A stretch of 63,781 nt of DNA, counting the filler, from Acetivibrio sp. (GTDB lineage: Bacteria > Bacillota > Clostridia > Acetivibrionales > Acetivibrionaceae), in assembly GCF_035371925.1 (NCBI RefSeq). It is 3 parts of 3 records of this genome, joined end to end, with 100 filler letters (N's around TTAATTAATTAA, not from the genome) between each part and the next. Parts side by side here need not be neighbours in the genome. Positions count along the whole stretch, not along the records: positions 48,333 to 63,781 come from NZ_DAORXT010000069.1; 2 more parts are not named here. One strand, 5' to 3'. The position numbers were made by a program, and so were the translations under genes. Each line of letters begins with the position of its first letter. Within the stretch, counting starts at the first letter, position 1. Of this stretch, positions 58,940 to 63,781 are shown piece by piece. The notes below the pieces were generated by a model, which searched no databases, had not been told where the DNA came from, and saw only the letters and a list, made by a program, of their open reading frames with translations.

Positions 58940-61900
58940 ATGCAGAAATTTGAAACACTGGATGGAAATCAGGCAGCTGCCTATGCATCTTATGCATTTA
59001 CTGATGTTGCAGCAATATATCCCATAACACCGTCATCGCCTATGGCGGAAGGGGTGGACGAGTGGGCAGCCCATGGAAAGAAAAACATTTTCGGACAGGA
59101 AGTAAGAGTAGTTCAAATGCAATCAGAGGCAGGTGCTGCCGGTGCAATGCACGGTTCTCTTGCGGCAGGAGCATTGACTACTACTTATACAGCTTCCCAG
59201 GGACTTTTGCTGATGATTCCGAACCTGTACAAAATGGCAGGAGAGCTTTTGCCGGGAGTGTTGCATGTATCGGCAAGAGCAATTGCAACCCATGCTCTGT
59301 CGATATTTGGCGACCATCAGGATGTAATGGCCTGCCGCCAGACCGGAGTTGCACTTCTTGCATCAGCTAATGTTCAAGAAGTGGCAGATTTAGGATGTGT
59401 TGCACATCTTGCAGCAATTAAATCCCGAATTCCTTTCATCCACTTTTTTGACGGCTTTAGGACATCCCACGAGTATCAGAAGGTTGGATTGATAGAGTAT
59501 GATGAACTTGCAAAGCTTGTTGACTATAATGCAATAAAGGAATTCAGGGACAGGGCTTTAAATCCTGAACATCCTGTTGCAAGGGGAACTGCACAGAATC
59601 CGGATATTTACTTCCAGGGAAGAGAAGTGCAAAATAAATTCTATGACAGCGTTCCGGATATTGTTGCAAGCTATATGCAGGAAATAAAGAGAATTACAGG
59701 CCGCGAATACCGCCCGTTTGACTATTACGGGGCAAAAGATGCGGAATATGTAATTGTGGCAATGGGTTCCGTCTGCGACACCATTGACGAAACCATTGAC
59801 TACCTTATGGCAAAGGGAGAAAAGGTGGGTGCAGTGAGAGTACGCCTCTACAGACCTTTCTCCGAAAAATATTTCTTTGATGTGATTCCAAGCACAGTAA
59901 AGAGAATTGCAGTGCTTGACAGGACAAAGGAGCCGGGAGCACCAGGTGAACCTCTGTATCTTGATGTGTCAAAACTCTATCTGTCCAAGGAAAACAGGCC
60001 TATTATCGTGGGAGGAAGGTATGGACTGGGCTCAAAAGACACCAGACCGTCCCACATAATATCCGTATTTGAAAATTTGAAGCAGGAAGAGCCAAAAAAC
60101 AACTTTACTATTGGAATTGTTGACGATGTAACCAATCTGTCCCTTCCTGAAGGAGACATAATCGAAACCACGCCTCAAGGAACAATAAGCTGCAAATTCT
60201 GGGGCTTGGGCTCTGACGGTACGGTAGGAGCGAACAAATCTGCCATAAAAATAATAGGGGACAATACTAACATGTATGTACAGGGGTATTTCTCCTATGA
60301 CAGTAAAAAATCTGGAGGAATTACCGTTTCCCATTTAAGATTCGGTCCGAAGCCTTTGCGTTCTCCGTATCTTGTGTACAACGCCGATTATATCGCTTGC
60401 CACAATAAGTCCTTCATATATAATTATGATATTTTAAAGGGACTTAAAAAGGGAGGTACTTTTGTACTTAACTGCCCGTGGAATGAGGAGGAGCTGGACA
60501 CACATCTTCCCGCGTCAATGAAGAGATATATAGCAAATAACGACATAAAGTTCTATGTAATAGATGCTCTGCAGATTGCTTCGGATATTGGTCTTGGCAA
60601 CAGAATCAATATGGTGATGCAGTCGGCATTCTTCAAGCTGGCAAACATAATTCCTATTGAGGATGCCGTAAAGTATCTTAAAGACTCTATTGTAAAATCC
60701 TACGGCAAAAAGGGCCAGAAGATAGTGGAAATGAATAATGCTGCAGTTGACAAGGGACAGGAAGCGTTGATAAGGGTAAATGTGCCTGAATCTTGGAAAA
60801 ATGCTGCTGATGAAGATATGCCTGTGAAGAAGGAAGAACCGGAATTTGTGAGAAAGATTCAAAGGGTAATGGCCAGAAATGAAGGTGATGACTTGCCTGT
60901 CAGCGTATTTGTGGGAATGGAAGACGGTACACATCCTTTGGGTACTACGGCTTATGAAAAACGGGGAATTGCACCAATGATTCCCGAGTGGCAGATTGAT
61001 GAATGTATCCAATGCGGACAGTGTTCCTTCGTATGTCCTCACAGTACAGTGCGCTTGTTCTTATTAAATGATGAGGAACAGAGCCGTGCACCGGAGACCT
61101 TCTTGACCAAAAAGGCTATAGGAAAAGGGTTTGAGAATCTGCATTTCCGTGTGCAAATTTCTCCTCTTGACTGTACCGGATGCGGCAATTGTGCTGACGT
61201 TTGTCCTACAAAGGAGAAGGCGCTGATTATGAAGCCTGCGGAAGAGCAAATAGAAAAACAGGCCGACAACTGGGAGTTTGCAATGACTGTTACCCAGAAG
61301 GAAAATCTGTTGGACCGCAATACATTGAAAGGAAGCCAGCTTATAAGGCCGTTGTTGGAATTCAACGGAGCTTGTCCTGGATGCGGTGAGACACCTTATG
61401 TAAGACTTCTCACCCAGCTTTTTGGCGAGAGAATGATGATTGCCAACGCGACCGGATGCTCATCCATATGGGGGGCAAGTTCTCCATCCATAGCTTATAC
61501 CACCAATGCAGAGGGAAAAGGACCTGCATGGGCCAACTCCTTGTTTGAGGATAATGCGGAATACGGCTTTGGAATGTATTTGGGAGTCAAGCAGATAAGG
61601 GCGAAACTTGCCGACCTTATGCAGACGGCGATAAATTCGGATATTGATGAAAAGGTTAAAAATGCCTTTAGAGAATGGCTGGATGCAAGAGATGATGCAG
61701 AAGGCTCCAAAAAAGCTACCAAACACATTTTTGAGGCACTGAAAGACTATGATTACAAAGGTAACCGGATAATTGAAGAGATAATGGAAAAGAAGGATTA
61801 TCTCATTAAGAAGTCCATTTGGATGATAGGTGGAGACGGATGGGCTTATGACATCGGTTATGGCGGAGTCGATCAGGTTCTTTCATCCGGTGAAGATGTA

Positions 61901-62467
61901 AATATACTTGTATTGGATACCGAAGTTTACTCCAATACCGGCGGTCAGTCTTCAAAGGCAACTCCTACAGCGGCTGTTGCGAAGTTTGCGGCTGCAGGTA
62001 AAAGGGTTCGGAAGAAGGACTTGGGTCTCATGGCTATGAGTTACGGTTATGTGTATGTGGCTCAGATAGCCATGGGCGCAAATATGAACCAGACCGTAAA
62101 AGCCATGGTGGAGGCAGAAAGCTATAAAGGTCCGTCACTTATAATCGCATATTCGCCATGTATAAGCCATGGTATAAAGACCGGAATGGGCACAAGCATA
62201 TTTGAGGAAAAATGTGCTGTCGAGGCCGGTTACTGGCATTTGTACAGATACAATCCGATGCTTAAAGAGCAGGGTAAAAATCCGTTTATTTTAGAATCGA
62301 AAGAACCCACTGCTCCTTACAAGGACTTCCTCCGCGGAGAAATCAGGTATTCACAGCTTTTGAATGTGTTCCCCGATGCGGCAGGAGAAATGTTTGACGT
62401 TGCAGAACGAGATGCAAGAGAGCGTTATGAGACTTATAAGAGGATGGCAGAGCAGAAATATTCGTAA
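58940..62467 (+). CDS. nifJ: Single-chain pyruvate:ferredoxin (flavodoxin) oxidoreductase
   Basis: YPITPSS, QSEAGAAG, GGRYGLGSK, two ferredoxin CxxCxxC motifs, GACPGCGE, GGDGWAYDIG TPP motif. Confidence 0.97.
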   Translation: MQKFETLDGNQAAAYASYAFTDVAAIYPITPSSPMAEGVDEWAAHGKKNIFGQEVRVVQMQSEAGAAGAMHGSLAAGALTTTYTASQGLLLMIPNLYKMAGELLPGVLHVSARAIATHALSIFGDHQDVMACRQTGVALLASANVQEVADLGCVAHLAAIKSRIPFIHFFDGFRTSHEYQKVGLIEYDELAKLVDYNAIKEFRDRALNPEHPVARGTAQNPDIYFQGREVQNKFYDSVPDIVASYMQEIKRITGREYRPFDYYGAKDAEYVIVAMGSVCDTIDETIDYLMAKGEKVGAVRVRLYRPFSEKYFFDVIPSTVKRIAVLDRTKEPGAPGEPLYLDVSKLYLSKENRPIIVGGRYGLGSKDTRPSHIISVFENLKQEEPKNNFTIGIVDDVTNLSLPEGDIIETTPQGTISCKFWGLGSDGTVGANKSAIKIIGDNTNMYVQGYFSYDSKKSGGITVSHLRFGPKPLRSPYLVYNADYIACHNKSFIYNYDILKGLKKGGTFVLNCPWNEEELDTHLPASMKRYIANNDIKFYVIDALQIASDIGLGNRINMVMQSAFFKLANIIPIEDAVKYLKDSIVKSYGKKGQKIVEMNNAAVDKGQEALIRVNVPESWKNAADEDMPVKKEEPEFVRKIQRVMARNEGDDLPVSVFVGMEDGTHPLGTTAYEKRGIAPMIPEWQIDECIQCGQCSFVCPHSTVRLFLLNDEEQSRAPETFLTKKAIGKGFENLHFRVQISPLDCTGCGNCADVCPTKEKALIMKPAEEQIEKQADNWEFAMTVTQKENLLDRNTLKGSQLIRPLLEFNGACPGCGETPYVRLLTQLFGERMMIANATGCSSIWGASSPSIAYTTNAEGKGPAWANSLFEDNAEYGFGMYLGVKQIRAKLADLMQTAINSDIDEKVKNAFREWLDARDDAEGSKKATKHIFEALKDYDYKGNRIIEEIMEKKDYLIKKSIWMIGGDGWAYDIGYGGVDQVLSSGEDVNILVLDTEVYSNTGGQSSKATPTAAVAKFAAAGKRVRKKDLGLMAMSYGYVYVAQIAMGANMNQTVKAMVEAESYKGPSLIIAYSPCISHGIKTGMGTSIFEEKCAVEAGYWHLYRYNPMLKEQGKNPFILESKEPTAPYKDFLRGEIRYSQLLNVFPDAAGEMFDVAERDARERYETYKRMAEQKYS

Positions 62468-62479
62468 TTGGTAGTATGA

Positions 62480-62525
62480 AAGAGGGCTGCTGCACCGGGA
62501 GATTGGTGCAACAGCCTCTTTTATT
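62480..62525 (+). terminator. Terminator after PFOR
   Basis: AAGAGG-GCTG-TGCACC...GGTGCA-CAGC-CTCTTTT stem. Confidence 0.75.
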
Positions 62526-62622
62526 TGGCCTCTTGGAATGAAATGAAAGAGGCAAAAGCGAAGGGACTCGATGTCCCGAGCTTTTATTAGTATGCTGTCA
62601 CAATGGTGTTTGGATTATGCTT

Positions 62623-62790
62623 TTACTTCTGATTTGAATCTACATATTCTTTTGCGTTTTCTACTTGAAGTTCACTAGGTATGGTAACTCCTGACTCGGG
62701 CTTTTTCTTTTCGATATTTGCCCAAGCTGCTGTGTTGTGTTTTTCAATTGGTACTGCCATGTTTTTTTGCTTATAGTTTTTTTCTGCCAT
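62623..62790 (-). CDS. Small spore-associated protein (DUF3787/CDIF630_02480-like)
   Basis: PIEKHNTAAWAN...PSELQVENAKEYVDSNQK; GGAG RBS before ATG 62790. Confidence 0.8.
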   Translation of the reverse strand: MAEKNYKQKNMAVPIEKHNTAAWANIEKKKPESGVTIPSELQVENAKEYVDSNQK

Positions 62791-63140
62791 TTTATCACTC
62801 CAAACAAGACTGTGTTTATATTGTTGCGTCGATGTTATTTTATATCGTGGGAGATTTATTATACTGTGCATTATTTACAGGTAAACATTTCAAATCTTAG
62901 GAATAATATCAATAGATTAACCGTAAGCGAATGCATGGAATATGTTGATTTTTTTTCAGAAGAATAATATACTATTGGTAAGTCAAGGTAAGAATATTTT
63001 CAAAACATATTGCAGGATGTACAGCCTCAGCAATAAGCGGAGGTTTGTTTTTAGAAAGAGATAATATATAAAAAGAGAATGTACAATTATCATATATTGG
63101 TATTATTTTTTAGATTAATTATATAAAGGGGAGAATTAAA

Positions 63141-63781
63141 ATGAAATTTTTCAAGGGTAGGCTGACATCTTTAGCACTCGTACTTACAATTTTAATGCAA
63201 TTATTTGCAAACTGTGTTTTTGCAGACTCGTCCGGAAAGGACACTATTTTTTTCAGGGACATTTCAGGACACTGGGCTGAGGAATCTATCAAGTATTTGG
63301 CAGAACGTGGTTTGGTAAAAGGTTATTTGACCGACAATGGTTATATAATTAAACCTGATACATACATAACCAGAGCTGAATATCTTACCGTTCTTTTAAA
63401 ATCAAAACCCAATCTTAAAGTTTTAAATACTAAAGTAAAATTATTTAATGACGTAAAAGATAGTGATTGGTACAAAAAAGCGGTTGACAAAGCTTCGAGT
63501 AATGGAATTCTTGAAGGATATCCCGATGGAAGTTTCAAACCTAATAATCCGATTACCAGGGCTGAAATTGCTGCATTAACGGTAAAAATTAATAATTGGC
63601 ATGAGGAGGATGTTCTTCCTGATGTTGATGTGTTTTCTGATGTTCAAAAGAATTCATGGTACTATGCGGCTGTTTTGACATGCAAATTAAAAAATATAAT
63701 AAATGGATATCCGGATGGTACTTTTAAACCGGGAAACTATGCATCAAGAGCAGAAGCTTTTGCTTTGCTTGCAAATTATGT
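63141..63781 (+). CDS. Secreted S-layer homology (SLH) domain protein, 3' truncated by window end
   Basis: Not in the ORF track; manual translation MKFFKGRLTSLALVLTILMQLFANCVFA (signal peptide), then FRDISGHWAE...ITRAE, FNDV...GYPDGSFKPNNPITRAE, FSDV...GYPDGTFKPGNYASRAE (3 SLH repeats). Confidence 0.93.
   Translation, partial: MKFFKGRLTSLALVLTILMQLFANCVFADSSGKDTIFFRDISGHWAEESIKYLAERGLVKGYLTDNGYIIKPDTYITRAEYLTVLLKSKPNLKVLNTKVKLFNDVKDSDWYKKAVDKASSNGILEGYPDGSFKPNNPITRAEIAALTVKINNWHEEDVLPDVDVFSDVQKNSWYYAAVLTCKLKNIINGYPDGTFKPGNYASRAEAFALLANY

Noticed and set aside
546..62555. Numerous 60-200 aa antisense/alternate-frame ORFs in the track (e.g. 3220-3729, 41630-42148, 42453-43043, 53543-54232)
   Set aside because: They overlap well-supported genes and show no RBS or recognisable motifs; shadow ORFs.
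62900..63140. sigmaI promoter or c-di-GMP riboswitch upstream of the SLH gene
   Set aside because: CGTA/CGAA are present but there is no AAA tract at the right spacing, and no riboswitch consensus; only a weak hairpin near 63023-63045.
63171..63179. TTAGCACTC half-CIRCE
   Set aside because: Lies inside the signal-peptide coding region (Leu-Ala-Leu) with no second arm.
1..63781. CRISPR array, prophage or integrase
   Set aside because: No regularly spaced repeats, cas genes or phage genes seen.

Overview
Draft-genome window from a cellulolytic clostridium. Gene content and order resemble Acetivibrio (Hungateiclostridium) thermocellus and relatives; this is an inference, not a database match. 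The window is three contigs joined by artificial N-TTAATTAATTAA-N linkers (24287-24386, 48233-48332), so adjacency across them is meaningless. There is also a spurious 100-N gap at 14243-14342. Contig 1 carries hemZ-MBL-dtd-rel-apt-recJ-yqeY-rpsU, then an AT-rich Wzx/Wzy polysaccharide locus. That locus has a dead IS701-family element and two tightly coupled pyruvyltransferase + flavin reductase-like pairs (a MurB paralogue and an FrhB/BciB-like Fe-S protein), hypothesised to make lactyl-ether sugars. Contig 2 is mostly core: glnS, ddh, two CsxC-like spore genes with sigmaK-like promoters, ftsY, smc, pdxA, spoVS, rnc, the fapR-plsX-fabHDG-acpP-fabF operon with a FapR operator, pgsA and rimO. 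Contig 3 has the 3' end of a 5S rRNA, tRNA-Asn, tcdA, a broken hicA with intact hicB, and a DUF6530-like gene. Next comes a perfect CIRCE (HrcA operator) ahead of a non-chaperone mannoside operon (GH130, ManC, GT4, six-hairpin protein, ManA), then a ZIP-hemerythrin-Hrb-PFOR cluster and an SLH protein running off the end. The top leads are the lactyl-ether tailoring modules and the CIRCE-controlled mannoside cycle. Many start codons were re-called from RBS position, so they differ from the ORF track. No CRISPR array was seen.
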